37,729 nucleotides of DNA. It comes from Acidimicrobiia bacterium (GTDB lineage: Bacteria; Actinomycetota; Acidimicrobiia; Spongiisociales; CAZKJJ01). The stretch lies in contig JBHICV010000006.1 in NCBI GenBank assembly GCA_046759765.1, forward strand, positions 1-37,729, in the 5' to 3' direction. The position numbers and the translations under genes were made by a program. The notes below the pieces were generated by a model. That model was given only the letters and a program-made list of their open reading frames with translations, was not told where the DNA came from and did no database searches. Positions 25,746 to 35,773 of this stretch are shown here, piece by piece. The first letter of the stretch is position 1; every line of letters begins with the position of its first letter.

Positions 25746-28071
25746 CCTCAAGAAGGAAAGACGCCCGCACGTCTCAGTGTGGGAGCGGATAAGGATCCTG
25801 CTCTTCCTCGGCGTAGTCCTGCTGTTCTTCGTAGCGAAGGACGTCAATCCCCCGTTCGTCACGTGGGGTGACTCCTTCTCCGACTTCGCCTCGTCAGCGT
25901 TCGGAGTGTTCTGGCTGGCGCTCATAGGGCTCGAGGTGCTGCGCCAGATTCACTATCTCGTCTCCGAGTTCTCGGCCGGCTACCACTACTTCTGGCAACA
26001 CAAGGTGTTCGGCGGAGCCGAACGCAAGGTCCAGAGCAACACCAGCGAATGGTTCCGCTATCGCATGCGCCGCTTGGTGAAGATCGCCGTACTGATCGGC
26101 GTCTACGTCGTGGTCGTGATGATCATGCGAGACGACATATCCGGTCCTGCCGAGGCGATCGTCAGGTTCCCCGAGATCTTCCTCGACACGGCCCCGGTCG
26201 TCCTCCGGTTCCTGATGTTCGGCATGATCATCGTGTTCCAGTTCGTGATGATCTTCTGGTTCCTGTCCCGGGGTGGCATCGACGTCGCTTATCCCCAGGA
26301 CATCGATACGCGGTTCGACGATGTCAAGGGTCAGGACAACGTCCTCGACCTGGTCAAGGAGAACATCGCCTTCCTCGAGAAGCCGGACGAGATCGAAGCC
26401 AAGGGCGGTTACATCCCGGGCGGAATCCTCTTGTGGGGTCCTCCCGGCACTGGCAAGACCTTGATGGCCGAGGCCATCGCCGGCGAGATCGGGAAGCCCT
26501 ATGTGTTCGTGGATCCGGGAGCCTTCATCCAGATGTTCTTCGGAGTGGGCATCCTCAAGGTCAAGCGCCTGTTCCGCAAGCTTCGAAAGCTCTCCCTCCA
26601 GCACGGCGGCGTGATCGTGTTCTTCGACGAGGCCGACTCGCTCGGTAGTCGAGGCTCCGTCAGCCAACAGGGCCAGGGTCCGTTCCAGCCGTTCGAGGTC
26701 CCGCCCCACCTCGCTTGCAACGGCATGGCGTACATGTCCGAAGGTACGCAGGCCATGATCGCCGAGATGTACCGGCAGGCCTCCATCGACGACGGTGGTG
26801 ACCAACACGAGCAACGCTGGCCGCGGATCGTCATGGGCGCCGGCATGGGCGGAGGCGGCATGGGCACCCTCCAGGCCCTGCTGACCGAGATGTCCGGCCT
26901 GAAGAAGCCGCGCGGCCTCTCCAACCGGTTGCGCCGCATCCTCGGTATGCGTCCCAAGCCGCCGCCGAAGTACCGCATCCTGATCATGATGGCCACGAAC
27001 ATGCCCAACTCGCTCGATGAGGCGCTGTTGCGGCCCGGGCGGATCGACAGGATCTACAAAGTCGGGTACCCCTCGAAGGAAGGGCGCAAGGCCACGTTCG
27101 ACCTCTATCTATCCAAGATCAAGCACAACCTCACCGAAGAGGATGTCTACAAGCTGTCGACTGTTACTCCGTACTACAGCGGCGCCAAGATTAAGGATGT
27201 CGTCAACGAGGCGCTCATACTCGCCATTCGCGACGACCGCGACACTGCCACTTGGGAGGACGTCTGGCGGGCCAAGTCGCTTAAAGAGCTGGGACCGCCT
27301 GACGACTCAGAGTACGTGGAGCGAGAGCGTCACGCCGTGGCTATTCACGAGGCGGCTCATGCCGTTGCCGCCCACCTGATCATGCGCCACAAGTCGATCG
27401 ATCTCGCCACGATCGAAAGACGAGGCACTACCGGCGGCATGGTCAAGCCGATCAATCTCGAAGACCGCTTCGTGCTCTGGAAGACGGAGTACGAGACCGA
27501 GATAAAGACCTTCCTCGCCTCCTTGGCCGGAGAAAGGATGTTCTTCGAGGATGACAGCTCGGCGGGTGTCTCCGCCGACTTGCGCAATGCCACCCAGATC
27601 GTCGCGCTCATGGAGGGCGTCTACGGCATGGGCGAAGGGATCACCTCGATGATGGGCCTCCCTCAAACCGCTATCTGGCAGACGCCCGACCCCACGGAGC
27701 GAGTAGTCGGCAAGATGGCTGATCGGGTAGAGCAGAGGCTCAGGGGAATGTACGACGAGGTATGGGAGCTGCTGGACGAGAATCGTGACAAGGTTCTGGC
27801 CGTCGCTGCCGCGCTGGAGGAACATCGCACGATATCCGGTGACATGATCACGGAGATCATGGGCTCGGATCCCGGCTCCCTCGACGCGCATTTACCCATC
27901 GGTTTTCACACGGTCGAGCACGGCGAAGAAGAACTTGCGGAAGACAGCGGCGACGGCAAAGTGGACGGGAAGCGAAGCTCCGACGGTAAGAAAGACCGCA
28001 AAAAGGACAAGGACCCGGAGCCCGCCGTGCTTCCTGCCAAGTCCGAGTCCGAGGAAGTCGAGGAAGACTGA
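25738..28071 (+). CDS. Atypical FtsH-like AAA+ M41 metalloprotease
   Basis: About 4 N-terminal TM segments, GPPGTGKT, FIQMFFGVG pore loop, FFDEADSLG, ALLRPGRIDR, HEAAH and GVSADL. Confidence 0.87.
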   Translation: MADLKKERRPHVSVWERIRILLFLGVVLLFFVAKDVNPPFVTWGDSFSDFASSAFGVFWLALIGLEVLRQIHYLVSEFSAGYHYFWQHKVFGGAERKVQSNTSEWFRYRMRRLVKIAVLIGVYVVVVMIMRDDISGPAEAIVRFPEIFLDTAPVVLRFLMFGMIIVFQFVMIFWFLSRGGIDVAYPQDIDTRFDDVKGQDNVLDLVKENIAFLEKPDEIEAKGGYIPGGILLWGPPGTGKTLMAEAIAGEIGKPYVFVDPGAFIQMFFGVGILKVKRLFRKLRKLSLQHGGVIVFFDEADSLGSRGSVSQQGQGPFQPFEVPPHLACNGMAYMSEGTQAMIAEMYRQASIDDGGDQHEQRWPRIVMGAGMGGGGMGTLQALLTEMSGLKKPRGLSNRLRRILGMRPKPPPKYRILIMMATNMPNSLDEALLRPGRIDRIYKVGYPSKEGRKATFDLYLSKIKHNLTEEDVYKLSTVTPYYSGAKIKDVVNEALILAIRDDRDTATWEDVWRAKSLKELGPPDDSEYVERERHAVAIHEAAHAVAAHLIMRHKSIDLATIERRGTTGGMVKPINLEDRFVLWKTEYETEIKTFLASLAGERMFFEDDSSAGVSADLRNATQIVALMEGVYGMGEGITSMMGLPQTAIWQTPDPTERVVGKMADRVEQRLRGMYDEVWELLDENRDKVLAVAAALEEHRTISGDMITEIMGSDPGSLDAHLPIGFHTVEHGEEELAEDSGDGKVDGKRSSDGKKDRKKDKDPEPAVLPAKSESEEVEED

Positions 28072-28093
28072 GTTCGGCCTGAGTGTCTCCAAC

Positions 28094-29389
28094 TCAGCCG
28101 GTTAACGCTCCCGCGTCGCCTACCGCAGCCACCGCACATCCCGTCGCCAGTGGCCTTGTCTCCCCGCCGAGCGTGTCGAGGAGCAGAAGACCATCGGTGG
28201 ACAAAACGATCAGATGCCTTCCGTCGCCGGTGGCCCATAGGACTGAGCCGGAGGCGACATCGCCCGGAACTGTCACGGGGAGGGACTCTCTAGTGGTCAG
28301 ATCGAAGGCAAACACACCAGCACCAGGTGGGACGGCATATAGCAACGAATCTTGGTCGAACCAGCCGACCACGAGCGCGCCGGGAGGCAGAAACGCGCCT
28401 TGATCGGGCCAGCCGGTGAGTTCCTGACCATCCGGTCCCAGGACCACATGTGCCGATGCTTCTTGTGTGCTCGGTGAACCGAGCAGTACGACCACCCGAT
28501 CATGGGCGGGGCTCGCATAGGCGAACAGAGGCACCTGGTCGGGATCGGGCTCTTCCGGGGCCCAGATCCAAGCGATCTCGCCCGTTCCCGGGTCGATGGC
28601 GAGGATGACCGACTCTGATGATTCGGTTGTTTCCAGGCCGAGCGCCTCTCGGGCGATCGAGATGCCGAGACCCCCTACCGAGCTCACCAGGATTGGCACG
28701 TCCCAGCCTTCTCCCTGGAACGGCCGCTCGAAGTCCGTGCCGACGAGCTCGATCACAGCTCCGTGCGTCTCGTCGGGCCGGATGGAGTAGATGCCGTTGC
28801 TGATCGCGGCCCAAGCTCGGTTGGGCGCATCAGAGTACGGCTGCCAAGTCCCTGGAACCGGGTCGAGCAAGTAGATGATCCCTTCAACGGCGACACCACG
28901 GACGAAGGGACCGAGCACCGGGTCGGGCGGGCTGGGTAGATTCTCCGGACTGAAAGTCGCAATCGGTGTTGCGACCTCAACACCCATCAAGGCGGTGTCC
29001 GGAAGGTCAGGGTGCTCGCCCAGAACGAACTCGATGACTATCGGCTCACCTTGTCGAACCAACGCCAGCGCCACCTGGTCGCCCGGTAAGTACGACTGGA
29101 TGACGGCTACGAGATCGGCGGAAGTCGTTATGCGAAACCCGTCGAGCGCAGTGATCACATCACCGGCCTCGAGCACCCCTTCAGCTGCGGTACCAGCCCG
29201 AACGGTGACAACCTCCGCCCCGCGCCCGGCAATGGCCAGCTGGCAGTCGAGCGGGGGAGGCCCGATCGTGGTCTCGGCCCGCGGAATGGAAGAGGGAAGC
29301 GGCGGCAACACGGTCTGGCGTTCGGAGCGACCTGAGCAAGCGGTCAGGACCAGCACCATGGCCGAAATGGCGACAAGGGCCCGGCGCAT
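28094..29389 (-). CDS. PDZ-domain lipoprotein
   Basis: Lipobox LTA-C and a PDZ segment (GAEVV.V..GTAA.G.LEAGDVITALDG...PGD.V.L...R.G). The C-terminus is beta-rich. Confidence 0.75.
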   Translation of the reverse strand: MRRALVAISAMVLVLTACSGRSERQTVLPPLPSSIPRAETTIGPPPLDCQLAIAGRGAEVVTVRAGTAAEGVLEAGDVITALDGFRITTSADLVAVIQSYLPGDQVALALVRQGEPIVIEFVLGEHPDLPDTALMGVEVATPIATFSPENLPSPPDPVLGPFVRGVAVEGIIYLLDPVPGTWQPYSDAPNRAWAAISNGIYSIRPDETHGAVIELVGTDFERPFQGEGWDVPILVSSVGGLGISIAREALGLETTESSESVILAIDPGTGEIAWIWAPEEPDPDQVPLFAYASPAHDRVVVLLGSPSTQEASAHVVLGPDGQELTGWPDQGAFLPPGALVVGWFDQDSLLYAVPPGAGVFAFDLTTRESLPVTVPGDVASGSVLWATGDGRHLIVLSTDGLLLLDTLGGETRPLATGCAVAAVGDAGALTG

Positions 29390-29431
29390 GACTGCCAGGG
29401 TAACGGCGTGCCGAGCCTGCGCCGGCTCCTG

Positions 29432-31693
29432 TCAGGCTCTGTGCGCTGCCTCCAGCATCGCCAACGCCCCATGCTTGGACAGGGGCTCGTTGAAGTTGCC
29501 GCACTTGGGCGACTGGACGCAGGAGGGGCAGCCTGCCACGCACGAGCAGGTCCGAAGCGCCTCCGCCGTGGCCGCCAGGTGCTCGTCTGCCATCGAAAAG
29601 GCAACCGGCGAGATTCCGGCCCCGCCCGGGTACGCCTCGTATATGAAAACCGAGGCCCCGCCAGTAGCAGGATGGAAGTTGGTGGACAGGCCTCCCAGAT
29701 CCCAGCGGTCACAGACCGCGAAGAGAGGCAGCATGGCTATTCCGGTGTGTTCGGCCGCGTGAAGTGTGCCGAGGAGGTCTCCCTCGGACACGCCGGCCGA
29801 GGACAGCACGTCGGGCGGTACGCCGTACCAGACTCCCTGCGTCTCGAAGCGTGACGGCGGCAGATCGAGCGGCTCCAGTCCCAGCACCTTTCTGGTACCG
29901 ACCTGTCTGCGCTGGAAGCCAACCACGTGTCGCTCGACGCGTAGGCGGCCGATCACGTAGGGAAGCTGTCCTACCTGACGCTGATCCAGCTCCTCCAGCG
30001 CGTCCAGGGTCTGTTCGACCCTGGGCAGCGTGTAGTAGTTGGCGTCAGATCGAGAAACGCGGACTTCCAACAAGCTGTGATCGAGATCGTCCACCAGGTA
30101 GGTCTCCCCTCGATGCAAGTAGATGGCGCCCGGATGGGTCTGCGACATGGCTCGTTCCTGCTCGACGGTGCCGAGCATCTCGCCGGTATCCCCGTCGAAG
30201 ATCCGGTAGGTGGGCCCTCCGGAGGTTCGGATGTCGATGAGTGGCGCCGGCCTTTCCGTGCCGAGCCAGTACAGCTCGCCTTCACGAAGCTCGGCGCGAT
30301 CCTTTTGGACCAGGCGATTGGCGGCTTCCTCGGCGGCCTCCGGCAAGAACTCGCGATCGGCTAAAGACATCGGCTTCTCGAAAAGCGCGCACCCAGTCTG
30401 GGCTTCAGCTATATGAGGATTGTCCGGATTGACCACGACTGCCTCGGGTGTTCGGTAAAAAAGCTCCGAGGGATGGCTCATGAAGTACTGATCGAGCGCG
30501 TCCTCACCCGCTACGAGCACTGCGAGAGCTTCGTCCCGGGCGCGACCGGCCCTGCCTGCCTGTTGTCGGAAAGAGGCGATCGTCCCGGGGAAGCTGTTCA
30601 AGACCGCCGCGTCGAGACTGCCGACGTCCACCCCTAGCTCGAGCGCGTTGGTAGCAACGACTCCTACCAGGTCGCCCTCGAAGAGGCGTTGCTCGATCCG
30701 GCGCCGGTCCGCGGCCAGGTAGCCCCCTCGATACGGAGCACTCCGGTCCCGAAGGCCGTTCCCCAGCCGGCCGGAGGCCCACCGATAGACCAGTTCGGTG
30801 GCTTTGCGGCTTCGCGTGAAGACGATGGTGTTCGCACCGGCCTCGACCAGCTCAACGAACAGATCCGTGACCTCCGAGAGGCTGCTGCGGCGCCGATCAG
30901 GGTTATGGGGATCCCGAGGCGGGTTCCACAAGAGGACGAGCTTGCGACCTGTGGGCGAGTCGTCCTCCGCAACAACCTCTACCGTCAATCCGCTCAGACG
31001 GGAGGCAAGCTCTCCGGGGTTGCCGATGGTCGCAGACGTGAAGACGAAGGTCGGCGACGATCCGTAGTGGGCCGCGAGTCGGCGGAGTCGACGAAGTACA
31101 TGCGCCACGTGGCTGCCGAAGATTCCCCGCAGAACATGTATCTCGTCGACTACCACGTAGCGAAGCCGGAGGAAGAAGTCGGCCCAGCGGCTGTGGTTGG
31201 GCAGGATCCCCACGTGCAGCATGTCGGGGTTGGTCAGGATGGCGTTGGCGTGGCGTCGCGCCCATCGCCTTCCGTCAGGATCGGTATCGCCGTCGTAGGT
31301 GACGGCGTTGAGACCAGGAAGCCGGAGCCCTGCCAGGGAGCGAAGCTGGTCCTGAGCTAGGGCCTTGGTCGGGAAGATCAGGAAGCTGGTCGTCTTCGGA
31401 TCCGAAAGAGCGGCCTCGGCGATCGGGACCTGGTAGCAGAGGGTCTTGCCGGAGGCGGTCCCGGAGACAATCACCGTGTGGCGCTTCTCCCGCACCAGCC
31501 GAATCGCGCGAACCTGGTGCCGGTAGAGCTCGGTAATTCCCCTTGCTGCTAGCCGTTCCACCAGGGCCCCCGGCAGGGGCGGATCCAGCTTCGAGTTGAT
31601 GGCGGTGCGAGCCGGAGTGTCTTCGAGATGGACGAACTCGCCCTCGAGGTCCTCGCGGTCCCGCCATTGCTCGACCAGGCTCTGAAGATCCAT
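29432..31693 (-). CDS. DEAD/DEAH helicase with DUF1998 (SftH/MrfA/Hrq1-like)
   Basis: TASGKT, PTKALAQDQ, DEIH, SAT, TNALELGVD, QQAGRAGR and a C-terminal CD..D...C.C..GCPSC. Confidence 0.93.
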   Translation of the reverse strand: MDLQSLVEQWRDREDLEGEFVHLEDTPARTAINSKLDPPLPGALVERLAARGITELYRHQVRAIRLVREKRHTVIVSGTASGKTLCYQVPIAEAALSDPKTTSFLIFPTKALAQDQLRSLAGLRLPGLNAVTYDGDTDPDGRRWARRHANAILTNPDMLHVGILPNHSRWADFFLRLRYVVVDEIHVLRGIFGSHVAHVLRRLRRLAAHYGSSPTFVFTSATIGNPGELASRLSGLTVEVVAEDDSPTGRKLVLLWNPPRDPHNPDRRRSSLSEVTDLFVELVEAGANTIVFTRSRKATELVYRWASGRLGNGLRDRSAPYRGGYLAADRRRIEQRLFEGDLVGVVATNALELGVDVGSLDAAVLNSFPGTIASFRQQAGRAGRARDEALAVLVAGEDALDQYFMSHPSELFYRTPEAVVVNPDNPHIAEAQTGCALFEKPMSLADREFLPEAAEEAANRLVQKDRAELREGELYWLGTERPAPLIDIRTSGGPTYRIFDGDTGEMLGTVEQERAMSQTHPGAIYLHRGETYLVDDLDHSLLEVRVSRSDANYYTLPRVEQTLDALEELDQRQVGQLPYVIGRLRVERHVVGFQRRQVGTRKVLGLEPLDLPPSRFETQGVWYGVPPDVLSSAGVSEGDLLGTLHAAEHTGIAMLPLFAVCDRWDLGGLSTNFHPATGGASVFIYEAYPGGAGISPVAFSMADEHLAATAEALRTCSCVAGCPSCVQSPKCGNFNEPLSKHGALAMLEAAHRA

Positions 31694-31740
31694 AGTGCTG
31701 AGTATGGTGCCCGGAGCCGATAGGGACAGAGGTCTGCGTC

Positions 31741-34404
31741 TTGATCACTGAACAGCAACCCGCCGACCGTCTCTGGCACTCGATGGAAGCCGCCGAGGCG
31801 ATTGAGCTACTTCAGACGGATCCGAAACGTGGCCTAGACCCTGACGAGGCCGACCGGCGCCTCGAGTCTTACGGCCAGAACGTCATCGAGGCCGAGCACC
31901 GACGCGGGAAGCTGTCGCTGTTTTTGTCCCAATTCAGCAATGTCCTCATCTGGGTCCTCCTCGTGGCCGCAGGAATCAGCGGAATCGTTCTGTCGGAGTG
32001 GATCGACACGTTCGTCATCCTGGCGATCGTCGTCCTCAATGCCATCCTCGGGTATTGGCAGGAATCCCGCGCCGAGGATGCCCTGGCCCGTCTGAAGGAG
32101 ATGGCCGCGCCGGAAGCCAAGGTTGTCCGAGACGGCCAGGAGGTGCGGATCCCATCGGCGGATGTGGTCCCTGGTGATGTCGTGCTACTCGAGACGGGCG
32201 ATCGGGTTCCCGCCGACGCACGTCTGATCGACCTAGTCCATCTCGAGACCGATGAGTCGGCTCTCACGGGCGAATCCCTGCCGGTGACCAAAAGCGTGGC
32301 ACCCGTGGTCGGTGACGTGCAGCTGGGTGACCAGAAGGACGTCGTCTTCGCGGGAACAGTTGTTTCGACCGGGCGGGCACGAGCCGCCGCGGTCCGGACC
32401 GGTCGCGCCACCGAGATGGGAAAGCTGGCTGCCTATCTAGAGGCCGAAGATCCGCCCACGCCTCTCCAGATAGAGCTCGATCGGGTTGGCAAGCGGATCG
32501 CTTTGCTGGCGTTCGCCATCGCGCTGGTGATCTTTCTCTTGGGCATCGTACGAGAGCAGCCGGTCGAGTTGATGTTCTTGACCGCCGTGGCGCTGGCGGT
32601 GGCGGCCATTCCAGAAGGGCTACCGGCGGTAGTAACGATCACGCTTTCGCGCGGCGTCTCCGCGATGGCCCGCGATAACGCCATCGTTCGGCGGCTCCCC
32701 GCCGTCGAGGCCCTAGGGGCCGCCTCCGTCATCTGCACTGATAAGACGGGCACTCTCACACGCAACGTGATCCGCGTGCAGGAGCTGGCGTTCGCCGACA
32801 TGCGAACGACCGTAGATGAGGTATCGAGTGGTGACGGACGCGTGCGGAGATACGCTCAGATCGCTTCGCTGTGCAACGACGCCCGTGCGACCGAGGACGG
32901 GATAGTGGGCGATCCGACGGAGGCGGCGCTGATCCGATCCGTTGATCCGGTTCTCGTTCACACTGATCGGCTGCGTGCAGATCATCCGCGAGTCGACGAG
33001 CTCAGTTTCGACTCGCAGCGAAAACGAATGAGCACCCTGACCCGGTGGGGGGATGGCTATCTGATGGCCGTCAAGGGCGCCCCCGAGGTAGTCATCGGAC
33101 TCAGCTCCAGGATGGAGGGACCGTCGGGACCGGCGCCCCTCTCCAAGGAACGCGCCGGTCGGGCCTTGCTCGAGGCCTCGGAGTTCGCGGCTCAGGGCCT
33201 CCGCACGCTCGCATTCGCCTACCGGGAGCTCGACGAGCAGCCGGAGGACCTGGCCGAGGCAGAGGAGGAGCTGATTCTCGTGGCCATCGCGGCGATGAGT
33301 GATGAGGCAAGGCCGGAGGCGCTTCCGGCGGTCCGTGAGGCGCATCAGGCCGGCATCGAAGTGGTGATGGTGACTGGTGATCATCAAGTCACGGCCGAGG
33401 TGATCGCAGCCGAGCTCGAAATCGAGCGTGAGGGCGAACGGGCGATGGGGGGCGCCGAGCTGCGGGCGATCGAAACAGAGGAGCTGGCGCGCGACGTCAG
33501 GTCCTACACCGTCTACGCCCGTGTCGATCCCACGGACAAGGTGAAGATCGTCAGGGCGTGGCAGTCCCAGCGGGACATCGTTGCCATGACCGGCGACGGT
33601 GTTAACGACGCGCCGGCGCTAAAGATCGCCGACATCGGAGTGGCGATGGGTTCGGGGACGGACGTCGCCAAGGACGCCTCCGACATGGTCCTGGCGGACG
33701 ACAACTTCGCCACGATCTTGGCGGCAGTGAGAGAGGGTCGGGGCATCTTCGCCAACCTCCGGAAAGTCGTCTACTTCCTGCTGTCGGCGAACGTGAGCGA
33801 GGTGATGGTCATGTTTGCCGGCTTCCTGCTCTTCGGGAGCTTCGGCCCATTGCTAATTGCCACCCAGCTGTTGTGGATCAACCTGGTGACGGACGGGCTG
33901 CCGGCCATCGCGTTGGGAATGGACTCTTCCCCGCCCGGATTGATGACGCGACCCCCGGACCGCCAAAGGGACATCCTGGGGCCGCCTCACCAGGCGCGTC
34001 TTCTGTGGCAGGGGTCCTTGTTGGCGCTGGGAGTGCTGGGCGCTTTCGCCTTTTCGGATTATGTGCGGGAGCTTTCGCCGCTTCACGTCCAGACGGTTAC
34101 GTTCACGGCGCTGGTCGTCACTCAGCTGACCCATGTCTACAACGTGCGTGCCCAAGGGACATCGGTCATATGGACCGGCTTGGGGGACAATCGTTTCCTT
34201 CACCTGGGCGTGATCGCCTCGCTGCTACTTCAGATAGCCGTCATCTATCTCCCGCTCGGTAACACCCTGTTCAATACGGTGGCACTCGACCCGTTGGATT
34301 GGGTGGTGATCGCTTTGGCGGCGCTGGTGCCGTTTCTGCTGATCGATGCGATCAAGCGCTGGGGGATCCGGCGGCACCCTGAGCGCGTCTGGATAAGCGA
34401 CTGA
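31741..34404 (+). CDS. P-type ATPase, P2A (Ca2+/cation) type
   Basis: LTGES, AIPEGLP, DKTGT, KGAPE, TGD, GDGVND, LSANVSE and QLLWINLVTD. Confidence 0.93.
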   Translation: MITEQQPADRLWHSMEAAEAIELLQTDPKRGLDPDEADRRLESYGQNVIEAEHRRGKLSLFLSQFSNVLIWVLLVAAGISGIVLSEWIDTFVILAIVVLNAILGYWQESRAEDALARLKEMAAPEAKVVRDGQEVRIPSADVVPGDVVLLETGDRVPADARLIDLVHLETDESALTGESLPVTKSVAPVVGDVQLGDQKDVVFAGTVVSTGRARAAAVRTGRATEMGKLAAYLEAEDPPTPLQIELDRVGKRIALLAFAIALVIFLLGIVREQPVELMFLTAVALAVAAIPEGLPAVVTITLSRGVSAMARDNAIVRRLPAVEALGAASVICTDKTGTLTRNVIRVQELAFADMRTTVDEVSSGDGRVRRYAQIASLCNDARATEDGIVGDPTEAALIRSVDPVLVHTDRLRADHPRVDELSFDSQRKRMSTLTRWGDGYLMAVKGAPEVVIGLSSRMEGPSGPAPLSKERAGRALLEASEFAAQGLRTLAFAYRELDEQPEDLAEAEEELILVAIAAMSDEARPEALPAVREAHQAGIEVVMVTGDHQVTAEVIAAELEIEREGERAMGGAELRAIETEELARDVRSYTVYARVDPTDKVKIVRAWQSQRDIVAMTGDGVNDAPALKIADIGVAMGSGTDVAKDASDMVLADDNFATILAAVREGRGIFANLRKVVYFLLSANVSEVMVMFAGFLLFGSFGPLLIATQLLWINLVTDGLPAIALGMDSSPPGLMTRPPDRQRDILGPPHQARLLWQGSLLALGVLGAFAFSDYVRELSPLHVQTVTFTALVVTQLTHVYNVRAQGTSVIWTGLGDNRFLHLGVIASLLLQIAVIYLPLGNTLFNTVALDPLDWVVIALAALVPFLLIDAIKRWGIRRHPERVWISD

Positions 34405-34407
34405 GCC

Positions 34408-35748
34408 CTACTGGCCCGGTTGCTGCACCGAGAAGAGCTGCCACTCGCCCTCAATGCCCTTCAGCGTGTGGGTGCCGCGGTCCTCGAAGGAGATGTCGGA
34501 CCCGACGACCAAGTCGCGTACCGTGCGGGACACGAGGATCTCGTCGGCACCCGCCTCCGCCATGATCCGCGCCGCCAGATGGACGGCAATTCCCCCTACG
34601 TCGTTGTCCCGGATCTCGACCTCGCCGGCGTGAATCCCGGTCCGGATGTGGAGGTCGGCTCTGGCGAGCTCATCCTGGAGGAGCGTGGCGCCACGTATTG
34701 CTCTCCCCGGCCCGTCGAAAGTAGCCAGGATGCCGTCGCCCGTTGTCTTGACCAACTGGCCGGCGTGATCCTCCACGAGGCCCTTCGCAGTGTCGTCATG
34801 CAGATCGAGCATCGCTCGCCAGCGCCGATCGCCCAATGCCTCAGCCCTCTTAGTGGAGTCGACGATGTCGGTGAAGAGCACAGTGGCGAGCTGCCGATCC
34901 GTGGGTGCTTCCCGGCGGACGCCGGTAAGAAACTCCTCCACCGCGTCGAGGGTGAGCTCCGGGCGGTCCCAGTAGGGAGCGACGTCCGCGCCTGGCAGCT
35001 CCACCAGCTGAGCACCATCGATGTGGTCGGCCATGTACTGCCCCAAGGCCAGGGGCGAGAAGGGGCTGTCGGTGCGGTGGATCACGAGGGTCGGAACCGT
35101 GATCGAAGGCAGGAGAAACCGGGCGTCCGTTTCCTGCTCGGCCTCCATGTACTTCTGAATCGCTCCCGGACTGGTGATCGACCGCTCGAGCTTCCCGTAC
35201 CACTGCTGGAAGCGCTCGTCGCCGGCCCGGCTGGGAAACAACAGGTCGAGAATCTCACCGGTGCCCCAGCTCTCCCGGAACCTCTCCTGGTGCTGCTCCA
35301 GCTCTTGCCTTGGGCGTCCAATGGTGTAGTCGTCATCCTGGAGGTATCGAACCGCGGTCTGATAGAGAATCAAAGCCCTCACCCGCTCCGGGTGGGTAGC
35401 CGCGAAGAGCAGCCCCACCGGCCCCGCATTCGCCGCCACGATCAGTGCCGCCTCGTCTGATCCCACCGCATCCATAACGGCCTCGATCTCGTCGGCGTAT
35501 GACTCCCACGGGGGCAGCGCATCCAACGGGATCGGATCGGATGCTCCTGATCCCCGTCGATCGAACCGGATCACCCGGGCCAAACCCGCCATCTGCTGAT
35601 AGAAAAGCCGGATTCCGGGGTCTTCCCATTCGACGTCGAAGGAGCCCCAGAAGCCGGTCGTCAGGACGATGTCGATGGGCCCGTCACCGATCACCTGATA
35701 GGCGATTCGCTGATCGTCGAGCTGGGCGTAGCCGGTGGTCGGCTCCAT
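34408..35748 (-). CDS. Alpha/beta-hydrolase-fold plus class III adenylate cyclase (Rv1900c/LipJ-like)
   Basis: FDRRGSG.SD in the N-terminal domain. The cyclase domain has TVLFTDIVDST, KTTGDG, RTGIHAGE and DVGGIAVHLAAR. Confidence 0.9.
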   Translation of the reverse strand: MEPTTGYAQLDDQRIAYQVIGDGPIDIVLTTGFWGSFDVEWEDPGIRLFYQQMAGLARVIRFDRRGSGASDPIPLDALPPWESYADEIEAVMDAVGSDEAALIVAANAGPVGLLFAATHPERVRALILYQTAVRYLQDDDYTIGRPRQELEQHQERFRESWGTGEILDLLFPSRAGDERFQQWYGKLERSITSPGAIQKYMEAEQETDARFLLPSITVPTLVIHRTDSPFSPLALGQYMADHIDGAQLVELPGADVAPYWDRPELTLDAVEEFLTGVRREAPTDRQLATVLFTDIVDSTKRAEALGDRRWRAMLDLHDDTAKGLVEDHAGQLVKTTGDGILATFDGPGRAIRGATLLQDELARADLHIRTGIHAGEVEIRDNDVGGIAVHLAARIMAEAGADEILVSRTVRDLVVGSDISFEDRGTHTLKGIEGEWQLFSVQQPGQ

Positions 35749-35773
35749 CCGGATCAGGCTATCGCCTTCACGC

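Noticed and set aside
29432..31693. DUF1998 helicase as part of a DISARM or Druantia defence system
   Set aside because: It is a stand-alone SftH/MrfA-type gene in its usual housekeeping neighbourhood, with no methylase or other defence genes.
34420..35460. Long antisense or alternative-frame ORFs (also 459-1196, 9580-10392, 18472-19359, 25894-26814, 28875-29762)
   Set aside because: They are shadows of well-supported genes in high-GC DNA and show no recognisable motifs.
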